In this document: positions 8,697 to 18,601 of the stretch, one piece after another | Layout: each line of letters starts with the position of its first letter | Numbering within the stretch: position 1 is the stretch's first letter | Origin: an uncultured Candidatus Saccharibacteria bacterium | Lineage (GTDB): Bacteria > Patescibacteriota > Doudnabacteria > UBA920 | DNA: 64,000 nt | NCBI GenBank assembly: GCA_964561085.1 | Contig: CAZLNP010000004.1 | Coordinates: forward strand, 15,580-79,579 | Reading direction: 5' to 3' | The notes under the pieces: model-generated | Seen by the model: only the letters and a program-made list of their open reading frames with translations | Database searches by the model: none | Told to the model about the DNA's origin: nothing | Position numbers and translations under genes: made by a program

Positions 8697-10466
8697 TTAC
8701 AACTTATAAGTTTCACCTGGCTGAATTCCTGCATTCGGTTGCGTTTGTATTTCTTCTTTAGGAACTTCTACCTTTGGAGCATCGATCTTTGGATTGGCAT
8801 GAGCAGTTTGAATGGCCTTAGCTACATTTTCTGCGATCTCATTTTGTTTACTTGATTGGATAGCTGCCGCTGTATCCCAAATTGCAGCAGATTTATTTGG
8901 TTTCTTAGGCTGATTCTTAGGTGCTGTTGCCATTGGTTTAACCTCAGGCTTAGCCATGGGTTTTGATGGTTGCCTCATTTGCTGCATTCTATCTTTGAAT
9001 GCTGAAGATATCTTAATTGGAGGAGGGGTAGCAGGCTTGCTTTGAACTGGAGTATTTGTAGAAGCGCTTGTAGGTGTAAATGCAGCCGGCTTTGGTGCAA
9101 CATCCGGAATATCATTCTCTCTAGACCGAGCTTTCTCTCCGCCACTAGCGGAGTCTGCGCTGGCCTCATGGAACTCAGCACCCATCCATCTGTTAATCTT
9201 ATCTTCTACTTCAGCACTTGGATTTGCATATCTTTCCCTAGAAACTTTAATGACTTTCTCTGAATTTCCAGTAAACCAATTTTCATCAACTTGCAAAGAA
9301 GTCGCTGTGAATGGATCACTTGCTACGCCATTAATCATTAACTTTAAAATAACATTATATTTTGGAATGTTTACAATATCCACCGGGGTAAATGATGGTT
9401 CGAACTCAGTTTCTAAAAACTCAGCATCAGCAGCACCGACACGGAACACAATCATTGAGCCAACGTTACCAAAAACCGCATCACGCATTTTTGTGTTGCC
9501 TTCAGGGACCAACTGTCCAATGTACTGATGGCCCATAGTCAAATTTAGGCGATACTTACGAGCTTCACTCAAAATAGTAGCAAAAGAGTCTGTTACGAAA
9601 TTTTGGAACTCATCTACATATAGGTAGAAGTCTTTACGCTCATGCTCAGGGATATCAACACGAGAAAGCGCCGCTAACTGTAATTTAGTAATGATCATAG
9701 CACCAAGCAAGGCGGAGTTATCTTCTCCTACTTTACCTTTTGAAAGATCAAGCAAAAGAATCTTCTGATTATCCATGATCTCTCTAAGATCGATCGTAGA
9801 CTTTGGCTGCCCTACAATATTACGAATTACGGAGCTAGATAAAAACTGACCAACTTTGTTTTGAATCGGTGCTACAGCTTCTGTTCTATATTTTTCTGCG
9901 TAGTTAGCAAACTCTTCTAGCCAGAAAGCTCTAACCATCGGGTCTTTAATTCCGTCGACAATTTTCTTACGGTACTTTTTATCTACGTACATACGAACAA
10001 TACCCATCATGGTATTACCGGGGCTATCTAGTAAAGCTAAAATAGTGTTGTTCAAAATGTATTCCATACGAGCCGACCACATGCTTGCCCAAATTTTTGT
10101 AAACACACCCATTAAACCTGAAGCTACTAAATGTTTATACTTACTATCTACTGCTTCAAGAATGTTAAATGCGATAGGGTGATCTAAGTCTGCAGGGTTA
10201 AAATAGACCACATCGTTAATCCGATCATTTGGAATGTAATCTAAAATTTTCTTTAGTGAGTCTCCATGAGGATCAATAAAACAAACCCCGTTACCATTGC
10301 GAATATCTTGAATAACCATGTTTTCCATCATGGTTGTTTTACCCATACCAGTCTTACCGATCATATACATATGACGGCGACGGTCATCGGTTTTAATACC
10401 AAATGGCACTTGCCGGTTACGGAAGTTGGTTTTCCCAAAAAAATTGATTACTTCTTTTTCAGCCAT
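8697..10466 (-). CDS. VirD4/TraD/TraG-like (type IV coupling protein family) P-loop ATPase with a disordered Pro/Ala/Lys-rich C-terminal tail
   Basis: Walker A (IGKTGMGKTT) near the N-terminus, a Walker B-like LYVDEFQNF, and a helical all-alpha insertion typical of TrwB/TraD-like hexameric ATPases. There is no N-terminal TM segment. The last ~170 aa are low-complexity. Family call is from pattern memory, not a search. Confidence 0.45.
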   Translation of the reverse strand: MAEKEVINFFGKTNFRNRQVPFGIKTDDRRRHMYMIGKTGMGKTTMMENMVIQDIRNGNGVCFIDPHGDSLKKILDYIPNDRINDVVYFNPADLDHPIAFNILEAVDSKYKHLVASGLMGVFTKIWASMWSARMEYILNNTILALLDSPGNTMMGIVRMYVDKKYRKKIVDGIKDPMVRAFWLEEFANYAEKYRTEAVAPIQNKVGQFLSSSVIRNIVGQPKSTIDLREIMDNQKILLLDLSKGKVGEDNSALLGAMIITKLQLAALSRVDIPEHERKDFYLYVDEFQNFVTDSFATILSEARKYRLNLTMGHQYIGQLVPEGNTKMRDAVFGNVGSMIVFRVGAADAEFLETEFEPSFTPVDIVNIPKYNVILKLMINGVASDPFTATSLQVDENWFTGNSEKVIKVSRERYANPSAEVEDKINRWMGAEFHEASADSASGGEKARSRENDIPDVAPKPAAFTPTSASTNTPVQSKPATPPPIKISSAFKDRMQQMRQPSKPMAKPEVKPMATAPKNQPKKPNKSAAIWDTAAAIQSSKQNEIAENVAKAIQTAHANPKIDAPKVEVPKEEIQTQPNAGIQPGETYKL

Positions 10467-10503
10467 ATTGTTATATCTATTCTGTTTATATTATATACGA
10501 AAA

Positions 10504-11667
10504 CTAGATAGGAAGGTCTGCAGGTGGTTGAATTTTCTTTGTACTAACAGTTTCAACCGAAGCGTTAACCTGGTCGGCTGTAATCGGGAAATGGAACAAA
10601 GTGGCCAATTCCTCCGCATTAAGAATGTACATAGGATTACCGATCCAAGTACTACGGCCTTTAAACGCTTTAAAAATATCGATCTTCTTTTGACGAACCC
10701 AATAATTAATGAAAGGAGCTTCCAAAGTCGGTGAAATGCGATAGTCTTTCTTTGGACCAAAAGCTAACTTAAAACTGTTAGAGTTGGCAGAGTTAAATAC
10801 CTTAAAAGGACTGAGCAGTAATTTTTTTGCATCTTTGTTAAAACTTTCCTTAACACCCATGTGCAATACGCGGATTTTTGTACTAAAACCAGGCTTACCT
10901 AATTTAGATTTAATTGATGCAATGCGTAATTTCGTTACATCATCAATCTGTTGGAAATCCTTTTCTCCTTGCAACTTCTCTACAGTTGCCTCAGCTTCTT
11001 TTCTCCATGAATCATCACCTACAGGCTTGATGATTATTTGCATAGCATAAAACTCTTTTGCGCTTAGGCGAGTAAAAACTTCCAAAAGTGGGCTAAGAGG
11101 ATCTACTACTTTCTCGCTAGCATCAGGCCCTTTTAAACTTATAAATTCTCTGTAAGTACGAATAGGAATAACTTCTGATTGAGTTAGCACCATCTCCCCG
11201 CCAAAAAGCTCATATTTTTCATTATCTGGATTATATTCAAAATGAGAAAGATAATCTTCTATCTCGTTCATTTCTATATGAGGGTAGTTAGCGTAAAAAG
11301 AGGCTTCAACAAGCTCTTTTTGCTTCTTTGGTACCCGAATGACGTATGAGATTTTACCACCCAGGCTGACGATTTCTAAAGAAAGCCAGAACACTAACTT
11401 CCCTTCAATGTATTTTTCTTGAAAGGTCCAGTTATCGAATAATTGATGAAGCTGTATAAAAATTTGCTCAGCATTGTAAAAACTAGAGATGTTTTCTTTC
11501 GGAGGTTTTATTTCGTAATAAACCCATTCCAAACTATTTTTATAGTTATCTTGGATTTCGTTTAAGTATATTTGAAAAAGTATGTAAACAAAAAGAATGG
11601 CAAAAACAACCCAACCGCCGTGGGAAAATAAATACCATACTATACTTAGAATTGAGCTATCAGTCAT
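10504..11667 (-). CDS. Hypothetical membrane-anchored protein (one N-terminal TM, large soluble domain), probably co-transcribed with the downstream ATPase
   Basis: Hydrophobic N-terminus ILSIVWYLFSHGGWVVFAILFVYILFQI. There is a 38-nt gap to the ATPase start on the same strand. No recognizable motifs. Confidence 0.5.
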   Translation of the reverse strand: MTDSSILSIVWYLFSHGGWVVFAILFVYILFQIYLNEIQDNYKNSLEWVYYEIKPPKENISSFYNAEQIFIQLHQLFDNWTFQEKYIEGKLVFWLSLEIVSLGGKISYVIRVPKKQKELVEASFYANYPHIEMNEIEDYLSHFEYNPDNEKYELFGGEMVLTQSEVIPIRTYREFISLKGPDASEKVVDPLSPLLEVFTRLSAKEFYAMQIIIKPVGDDSWRKEAEATVEKLQGEKDFQQIDDVTKLRIASIKSKLGKPGFSTKIRVLHMGVKESFNKDAKKLLLSPFKVFNSANSNSFKLAFGPKKDYRISPTLEAPFINYWVRQKKIDIFKAFKGRSTWIGNPMYILNAEELATLFHFPITADQVNASVETVSTKKIQPPADLPI

Positions 11668-11739
11668 GATTTGTTTTAATTTTTGTATCTAGAGTTTCAG
11701 GGCTTCGCTAATTAGTTTTCGTAACTAAGCAGTAACCGT

Positions 11740-12825
11740 TTAAGCTAAGTCGTAAAGATTTTTTCCAACTTTCTTAACTAGTTTCTTATTCGAAAGTCCA
11801 ACTAAAATAGTGTTGTTCTTAACCATGCGACGTTTCAAAACTTCTTCGATAATTTCTTCTCGTGACATTGGCTTACCAGCATCTTTTAGAACATTAACGA
11901 TGATATCTGATACTACACCTGGCTTATATCCCCATTCAGCTAAAGCATACATGCCGCGGCCCACAAGTACAAAGCGTTTATCTTTGATAAGTTTATTGTG
12001 CACTGTTTCTTTATAGGCAGTGCGTTTGTCTAAACCATGTTTGTTAATCAAATCAGTAATTACTGAGTAGTGCTCAGGTTTGTTGTGGTGTTTCATCACC
12101 AAATAGGCTTTATCGCCAACATCTTTAGGACGGATTTCATTCCAGTGGTGCATACCAAATTCACCAAATGGATTTTTATGAATCCCTGAGGTTGCTTGCA
12201 AATAGTTTATGATAACGCGTGGTGAAAGTTGTGGTTCATACTTTTTGAAGAAATCAGATTCAGCAAACTTTTCAATAAATTCTTCAGGTTGTAATGGTTT
12301 TCCGTGATTATCCAAAATGCCGCGAGTTGTGTTTACAAACTCTTTAATAAATTCTTTATCAAAGCCAATGCGAGACCAAGATTGCTTAATATGCTTATCT
12401 TCGGAATGTTCTTCAAGTTCAGCCATTAAGTTTAGTAAGAACTTCAAAGCGTTTGCTTCTTCATCAGTTTCTGCACCTAAATGACCCATTAATGTCTTTT
12501 CAGACATAATGCCGCCATGCTCTGTAATTGTTGTTAAAAGAAGATCGCGCGCGGCTAAAAAGGAGTCCAATTGTTGAACACCATTCTTTAGGTTCTTTAG
12601 TAAATCTTTTTCAATTTGACGAACACGCTCACGTGTTAATCCTTGCTCTTCCCCCACTGTTTTAAGGGTTTGCATTTCTTCACCACCAAGACCGTAACGC
12701 TTAGAAAGTATAGACTTTTCGCGTTCACGTAATGGATCTAAAATTTTGGTGATAATTAGATTTAATTCAAATTGTTGTAGAGATTCTTTTTGATGAGAAT
12801 CAATTATTGTATCTAAAATGCCCAT
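11740..12825 (-). CDS. Putative transcription factor with an N-terminal sigma-70 region-4-like HTH and a C-terminal HARE-HTH-like winged helix
   Basis: The N-terminal ~85 aa match sigma-70 region 4 (LSKRYGLGGEEMQTLKTVGEEQGLTRERVRQIEKDLLKNL). The C-terminus (...TAYKETVHNKLIKDKRFVLVGRGMYALAEWGY) resembles the HARE-HTH / RpoE-delta N-domain pattern FxRVGRGxYxLxEW. There are no sigma region 2/3 equivalents. Confidence 0.5.
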   Translation of the reverse strand: MGILDTIIDSHQKESLQQFELNLIITKILDPLREREKSILSKRYGLGGEEMQTLKTVGEEQGLTRERVRQIEKDLLKNLKNGVQQLDSFLAARDLLLTTITEHGGIMSEKTLMGHLGAETDEEANALKFLLNLMAELEEHSEDKHIKQSWSRIGFDKEFIKEFVNTTRGILDNHGKPLQPEEFIEKFAESDFFKKYEPQLSPRVIINYLQATSGIHKNPFGEFGMHHWNEIRPKDVGDKAYLVMKHHNKPEHYSVITDLINKHGLDKRTAYKETVHNKLIKDKRFVLVGRGMYALAEWGYKPGVVSDIIVNVLKDAGKPMSREEIIEEVLKRRMVKNNTILVGLSNKKLVKKVGKNLYDLA

Positions 12826-12957
12826 TTTCTTGAGGGTTTCTTGGCTAAAATAGCCTATTTATAACGATAAACCGATTATAACATATATTTCATAACGTGT
12901 CAAACAATGTGGGATAATAAAAAACACTGCAGAGGCAGTGTCTTTTGTAAGGCATAT

Positions 12958-13848
12958 TTAGCGCTTTCGGTTCTTCCAGTTCTGGAATAGTACTAGAATA
13001 GGTGCGGCTACGAAGATTGAGGAATATGTTCCTGCAGCGATACCAATAAACAGAGCTAGTACGAAGTATCGAATTGTTTCCCCACCGAACATAAGCATGG
13101 CAAGTAAAACAAATAGAACAGTTAAGCTAGTATTTAATGAACGGACTAGAGTTTGAGAGATACTGTGATTAACAATGAACTCTACTGACTGCCCGGCATA
13201 GACTTTTAAGTTTTCACGGATACGGTCAAATACAATGATTGTGTCATGAACAGAGAAACCTAACACAGTTAGAATCGCCGTAACGAATAGGCTATCTACT
13301 TCTACATTATAGAAGTGCCCAAGTAGTGAGAAGATTCCTAGAACGATCAATAAGTCATGAACAAGGGCAATAATAGCGGCTAATCCGAATTGCCATGGTG
13401 TGATTGGTCTAGCTACTTTTCGGAATGCATAAGCGATATACAATACAATACCAAGAGAAACTAATAGTAACTGGTATATAGCCTTTTTCTTTAGCTCTTC
13501 ACCTACAACTGGACCGAATGAATCAAAACGCTTTTCTGTAAATTCCCCTACTTGTGAGCGAATATCAGCATTCATTTTATCGTGTTGCTCTTTTTCCAAG
13601 CTCTCAGTACGGATAATTACACCTTTTTCACCAGTTAGCTGTAATTGGTAGTTTTGGATACCTCCAGCTTCAAGAACGCTGCGAAGTTTGCCTTGATCAA
13701 TCGTTTGTTGGAATTCTATTTCGCTAACAGTACCTCCTTTAAAGTCGATACCAAGTTTTAGACCAAAAACTGCTAGTGAGGCTATTCCCAAAATTAAAAT
13801 GATTCCAGAGATAGCGAATAAGTATTTGTAGTAGTTAAGTAATCTCAT
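12958..13848 (-). CDS. secF: Protein translocase subunit SecF
   Basis: Six-TM SecF architecture with conserved SecF motifs, immediately downstream of secD. Confidence 0.9.
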   Translation of the reverse strand: MRLLNYYKYLFAISGIILILGIASLAVFGLKLGIDFKGGTVSEIEFQQTIDQGKLRSVLEAGGIQNYQLQLTGEKGVIIRTESLEKEQHDKMNADIRSQVGEFTEKRFDSFGPVVGEELKKKAIYQLLLVSLGIVLYIAYAFRKVARPITPWQFGLAAIIALVHDLLIVLGIFSLLGHFYNVEVDSLFVTAILTVLGFSVHDTIIVFDRIRENLKVYAGQSVEFIVNHSISQTLVRSLNTSLTVLFVLLAMLMFGGETIRYFVLALFIGIAAGTYSSIFVAAPILVLFQNWKNRKR

Positions 13849-13849
13849 A

Positions 13850-15370
13850 TTAGTTTGCTGATGTATTAATTTGATCTTTTCTACGCATACTGACTCCGAA
13901 TAGCCATGGGTGCGACATTACTTTCCCAGTTACAAACAATTTTAAGAATGTTCGAGTAATAGTGATGGCTGTGAACATGGAAATTAAAATACCAATAGCC
14001 AAAGTTACAGCGAACCCTCTGATTGAAGGTGTGCCAAACATATAAAGAATCAATGTTGTAATAAGACTAGAGACGTTTGAGTCACGAATAGAAAGCCAGG
14101 CTCTAGCGAACCCATCATCAATCGCTTTATTAATGTCTTTACCTGCACGAATCTCTTCTTTAAGACGTTCAAAGATTAGGATGTTAGCATCTACGGCCAT
14201 TCCAATAGAAAGAATGAATCCCGCAATACCAGCTAAAGTTAGAGTTACTGGAGAAACACCATTTAAGAAGATTAAGGCCACATAGCTAATTAAAGCCAAG
14301 AATCCAAACCATCTGCTAACTGTGAGTCCGAGCAGGAAAAATACTCCAACTAAAATTACGGCAGTGATTGAAATTCCGATTTTAAATACTGCGATAGATA
14401 GTAATACGTAAACTAATAAGGCAAACACTGCTAGAACACCTGGGAAGCGATAGTTTGCAACCATAAAGATTACAATCAAGAGCATACCAATTAACCCGGC
14501 AATTATGGATTTATCAATTGATTCTTGGCCTAGAGTTGCACCAACGTTTTGCTGAGAAATTAGTTTAATAGGTACTGGCAAAGCTCCAGAGTTAAGGCGA
14601 GTAGCTAATTGTTTTGCTTCTTCTGCTGTAAAGCTACCAGTAATTACAGCCTCACCGTTAGTAATTGCGCTTTGTACGGTTGGGGCACTTAGTACTTCTC
14701 CGTCCAAGAAAATAGCAATTTGCTTACCAATGTTTGCTTGAGTTAGTTCGCTAAATAGCTTGGTTCCTTCTTCATCAAATTGCAAACGAACAACAACTTC
14801 GTTGCTTACGCTCCCCGCTCCTGCGGCTTGTATATCAGCAGTTGCTCTCTTTAATTGCTTTCCTGAAAGACCAGTTGTTTGCCACCCTGCAGCTGCGATT
14901 GGATCAATGGACCCAAGGTCAATTTGTCCATCAGCACCTACACCAGCCATGGTTGGAGTTGGTTCCCCTTCGGTGCGGAATTCCATCAATGGAGTTTGTC
15001 CGATTTGCTCAATAGCTTTATTTACATCATCAATGCCTGGAAGCTCAACTACAATTTGATCTCTTCCTTGAACTTGAACAAGGGGTTCAGATACCCCGAA
15101 ACTGTTAACTCGGCGTTCGATTGTATCGCGAACTGAAGTTAAAGCATCTTTTTGATCAGCATCTTCTACATCTTTAAAGTCTGCCTGGTAAACTAAGTGA
15201 GATCCACCCTGCAAATCCAAGCCTAAATGAGTAGTGAAGCTTTTTTGGAAGTTAATTCCAATTTTAGAAAGGTTGATTCGGCTTCCATTTGGCCAAACAA
15301 TCCACGCAGCAGCTAATGCAATAAGCATAATTCCTGCCAAAAGCGAGATTTTTGTTAATATTGATTTCAT
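13850..15370 (-). CDS. secD: Protein translocase subunit SecD
   Basis: N-terminal TM, a large periplasmic domain (LDLQGGSHLVYQAD) and a C-terminal six-TM bundle. Adjacent to secF. Confidence 0.9.
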   Translation of the reverse strand: MKSILTKISLLAGIMLIALAAAWIVWPNGSRINLSKIGINFQKSFTTHLGLDLQGGSHLVYQADFKDVEDADQKDALTSVRDTIERRVNSFGVSEPLVQVQGRDQIVVELPGIDDVNKAIEQIGQTPLMEFRTEGEPTPTMAGVGADGQIDLGSIDPIAAAGWQTTGLSGKQLKRATADIQAAGAGSVSNEVVVRLQFDEEGTKLFSELTQANIGKQIAIFLDGEVLSAPTVQSAITNGEAVITGSFTAEEAKQLATRLNSGALPVPIKLISQQNVGATLGQESIDKSIIAGLIGMLLIVIFMVANYRFPGVLAVFALLVYVLLSIAVFKIGISITAVILVGVFFLLGLTVSRWFGFLALISYVALIFLNGVSPVTLTLAGIAGFILSIGMAVDANILIFERLKEEIRAGKDINKAIDDGFARAWLSIRDSNVSSLITTLILYMFGTPSIRGFAVTLAIGILISMFTAITITRTFLKLFVTGKVMSHPWLFGVSMRRKDQINTSAN

Positions 15371-15422
15371 TCCGTAGATTAGTTAATTTTTCTATTGGGT
15401 TTCTTCTTATATTTCCCAGGTA

Positions 15423-18041
15423 TTATAACTCCAGGCCATTATTTATGCAATTGACCAGGTCCTTTTTGTCGCGATTGATCCATTCCGCTTTTAAGCTAAT
15501 TCTTTCTTTAACTTGTTTGACTGCTCTCTGAGCAGAGGGTGCCGGATTCTTCTTGAAGAAGACCTCTATCTCTTTTGCCTTCTGAGTAGTGTTGAAAGCT
15601 CCTAGTGACTTTACTATCCACACTATTAGGTGATCACCATGGTATCTCTCGTACAAAACTTTCCAATTTTTTTGTAGCCATTTCCAAGCTAAATCTTTAT
15701 TATCAGAATTCTGTAGGCTGATGTAGATTAAGATTGCCGCGTCTTGGCTACGCACATTCTTCGACAGAGCAAAGTCTAAACTTTTTACGAATAAACTCTT
15801 GTTAGAAAACATTGTTAGAGCTTTTCCAATTCTACGTTGTTCTTCATTAAGGGTTTCGCCGATATACATCTTTTCAAACGTTTTATGAGTTGATGAATCC
15901 CCGTTTAGAGCTACTAAGGAATAAACCGCAGCTCTTAGATCCGGATGAATCGGTTTACTGTTTCTCCTAGAAAACACTTTTTTAGCTTTTTCTATCGTTG
16001 CTTTATCCCCGTAAAAACCATATTGGGCTAGCACGGCAGATCTCAGCAATCCCTTTGTTTGAGATTCTTTATGATCTATTTCCCAACCAACTTTATTGGC
16101 CACTACTTTTAGAACCTTTAGATAGTACTTAGCTAATTTCTTTTGTAGTTGAGATTGGCCATCTAAAAGCTCATAAACCTCTCCCATGCCGGAGAGAATC
16201 TCGGTCCAAATTATATAACTATCCTCATTTTCATACGCTTTAATGAATTCTAAGAATGCGGATACTGGAATGTGCCCGGCTCTACTCATTGCAAATAAAT
16301 CTCGGACTACTCCAAATCTATCTATGGAGGAAAGTTCCTTGCTCTTAATTGGCTCATACAACTTTGCCAACAGGGATGGGCTATATAATGTTCTGTAGAA
16401 ACCCGTTTCCTGTGGATTTGCCTTTACGTACTTTGAAGAAGGAGAAATAGTTATTTGTTTTTTAACTTGAGAGAACAAATCTAAATCACTTAGGTGGCCT
16501 TTATCTAATTCAAATTGAAGTGGAATCTGCCATACTGTTTTGTCTTTATGCTTATCTTTCTTGGAACCTAGAACAAAACGCTTTTGAGAAATATGAAGCT
16601 GTCCAATTTTTGGCTCTACTAAAGTAACTATTGGGTAACCGGAATTACCGACCCACTTAGCCATAAACTTACTTACGGGCTTACCGGAGGCTTTTTCAAA
16701 TGCATCCCAAAGATGAATTGATTCAGTATTTTTGTAGCTGTGCTTTTTAAGATAATAAGAAAGACCATTGCGGAAATTCTCTGGCCCAATGTAATGCATC
16801 AACATTCTTAAAACACTCGCACCTTTGTCGTAGCTAATTGCATCAAAAATTTCGGAAATCTGATTTGGATGATGAACTTCTACTTCAATCGGGTGAGTAT
16901 TCTCTAAGCTGTCTAATTGGAGAGCATTAGCATGGTCGTTCATTACGAATCTGGTCCAAATGTGCCACTGAGGGAATAGGTCTTCCAAAACCAAATACGA
17001 CATAAAAGATGCGAAGCTTTCATTTAGCCATAGATGTGTCCACCATTCCATCGTCACTAAATTACCAAACCATTGATGAACTAACTCGTGAGCGATTGTT
17101 TCAGCGATTCGTTGTCTGTTCGCAAATGCAGTATGGTTCTCATCTGCTAATAATGCAGACTCTCTAAAAGTCACTGCACCCCAGTTTTCCATAGCCCCAG
17201 CAGAAAAATCTGGGATAGCAATGAGATCCAAAATTGGTAAAGGGTATGGAACTTTAAAGTAATCGTTTAAGAACTCTAAACTTTTTTTAGCTACCTCCAG
17301 GGCAAATTTAGCTTGGTGTTTTTTACCAGGTGTAGTGAAAATCCTTATAGTTACGCCATTTTGTCCCTTTGCTTTTGTCTTAGTTTCAATATATTCAAAT
17401 TCACCAATAATGTAGGCCAACAAGTAAGTCGACATTTTGGGGGTTGGGGCGAACTTTATAACTTTGTAGCCCGGCTTGTGATCCACTCCTTGTGGGGTAG
17501 CCGAATTCTCCGGCAACTCGATTGTGTTAGAAATAGCAGTAAGATGTTTTGGAATCACTAAGGAAACTTGAAAGACTGCTTTGTGAGAAGGTTCATCAAA
17601 ACACGGAAAAGCTCTGCGGGCATCTGTAGATTCAAATTGAGTAGTGGCAATTCGCATTGTCTTGCCTTTGTACTCATACTGACTGCGGTAGAATCCTCTT
17701 AGCTTGTCCGATATTATGCCTCGAAAATGTAAGTGCAGCTTTCCTTTTCCCTTTGGCAGAGATTCTGCAAACTGGAAAGTGGCTGTGTCAGACTTTTCGT
17801 TGTAAGAAGTTTTTAAAATATCAATCTTTTCTTTACCAACTTGCCACCAACCATCTGTAATTTCTAGTTCTTTGCTATGCAAAGTTATTTCCTTCACGCT
17901 CTTCTCTAAAAGAATATCAATCACTTCGTTTCCTATGAAAGTAGAGGCTTCAATATCTGGTTGAATTTGAAGGTTGTACTTTATAGGCATGATTGACTTA
18001 GGTAATCTAACTTTGGGTTTTGACTTCAGTCTTGTTGGCAT
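15423..18041 (-). CDS. pepN: Aminopeptidase N (M1 family zinc metallopeptidase)
   Basis: GAMENWG exopeptidase motif and HELVHQWFGNLVTMEWW...E zinc-binding HEXXH-(18)-E. Length is 872 aa. Confidence 0.85.
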   Translation of the reverse strand: MPTRLKSKPKVRLPKSIMPIKYNLQIQPDIEASTFIGNEVIDILLEKSVKEITLHSKELEITDGWWQVGKEKIDILKTSYNEKSDTATFQFAESLPKGKGKLHLHFRGIISDKLRGFYRSQYEYKGKTMRIATTQFESTDARRAFPCFDEPSHKAVFQVSLVIPKHLTAISNTIELPENSATPQGVDHKPGYKVIKFAPTPKMSTYLLAYIIGEFEYIETKTKAKGQNGVTIRIFTTPGKKHQAKFALEVAKKSLEFLNDYFKVPYPLPILDLIAIPDFSAGAMENWGAVTFRESALLADENHTAFANRQRIAETIAHELVHQWFGNLVTMEWWTHLWLNESFASFMSYLVLEDLFPQWHIWTRFVMNDHANALQLDSLENTHPIEVEVHHPNQISEIFDAISYDKGASVLRMLMHYIGPENFRNGLSYYLKKHSYKNTESIHLWDAFEKASGKPVSKFMAKWVGNSGYPIVTLVEPKIGQLHISQKRFVLGSKKDKHKDKTVWQIPLQFELDKGHLSDLDLFSQVKKQITISPSSKYVKANPQETGFYRTLYSPSLLAKLYEPIKSKELSSIDRFGVVRDLFAMSRAGHIPVSAFLEFIKAYENEDSYIIWTEILSGMGEVYELLDGQSQLQKKLAKYYLKVLKVVANKVGWEIDHKESQTKGLLRSAVLAQYGFYGDKATIEKAKKVFSRRNSKPIHPDLRAAVYSLVALNGDSSTHKTFEKMYIGETLNEEQRRIGKALTMFSNKSLFVKSLDFALSKNVRSQDAAILIYISLQNSDNKDLAWKWLQKNWKVLYERYHGDHLIVWIVKSLGAFNTTQKAKEIEVFFKKNPAPSAQRAVKQVKERISLKAEWINRDKKDLVNCINNGLEL

Positions 18042-18043
18042 GG

Positions 18044-18601
18044 TTATTTCTGTATTAATCTCTTTAGTTTCTTAAAATCTTTAAAAATCACTTCCCTTAG
18101 CTTAGGCGAGTAGAGTGGTGCCGCTGGATGGTAGCTAATGAAATATTTAATTCCATTTCTATCTAAGACGGTTCCGTGCACTTTACTGATTGAAAATTTT
18201 TCTTTTAGTATTGATAGCGCTGCAGTATTACCTAATATTACAACAACTTTGGGTTTTATTACATCTAATTGCTTGGTTAGATGAGTTTGACCATGCGCTA
18301 TATCTGAATCCTTTGGTGTAATGTATGTTTTTGGTAAATACTTAACTGCGCTAGTAATAAAAACGTCATCAGCTTTCAACCCCACACTTTCAATTAACTC
18401 TCTTAAAACTTTACCAGCCCTACCAATGAACGGGCGACCAGTTTTAATCTCTTCTTTCCCAGGCGCTTCACCCACAAAAACAATGTCCGCACTAGCGCTA
18501 CCTTCTCCTGGTACCAACTCACCTTTTTTGAGTCTGTTGCAAGTTTTGCATGATAGAATTTCTAGAGAAACTTCATTTAATAGTTTTTGCTTTTTAGTCA
18601 T
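18044..18601 (-). CDS. Uracil-DNA glycosylase, family 4
   Basis: GEAPGxxE and GRPFIGRAGKVL motifs are characteristic of family-4 UDGs. An N-terminal CxxC is also present. Confidence 0.8.
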   Translation of the reverse strand: MTKKQKLLNEVSLEILSCKTCNRLKKGELVPGEGSASADIVFVGEAPGKEEIKTGRPFIGRAGKVLRELIESVGLKADDVFITSAVKYLPKTYITPKDSDIAHGQTHLTKQLDVIKPKVVVILGNTAALSILKEKFSISKVHGTVLDRNGIKYFISYHPAAPLYSPKLREVIFKDFKKLKRLIQK

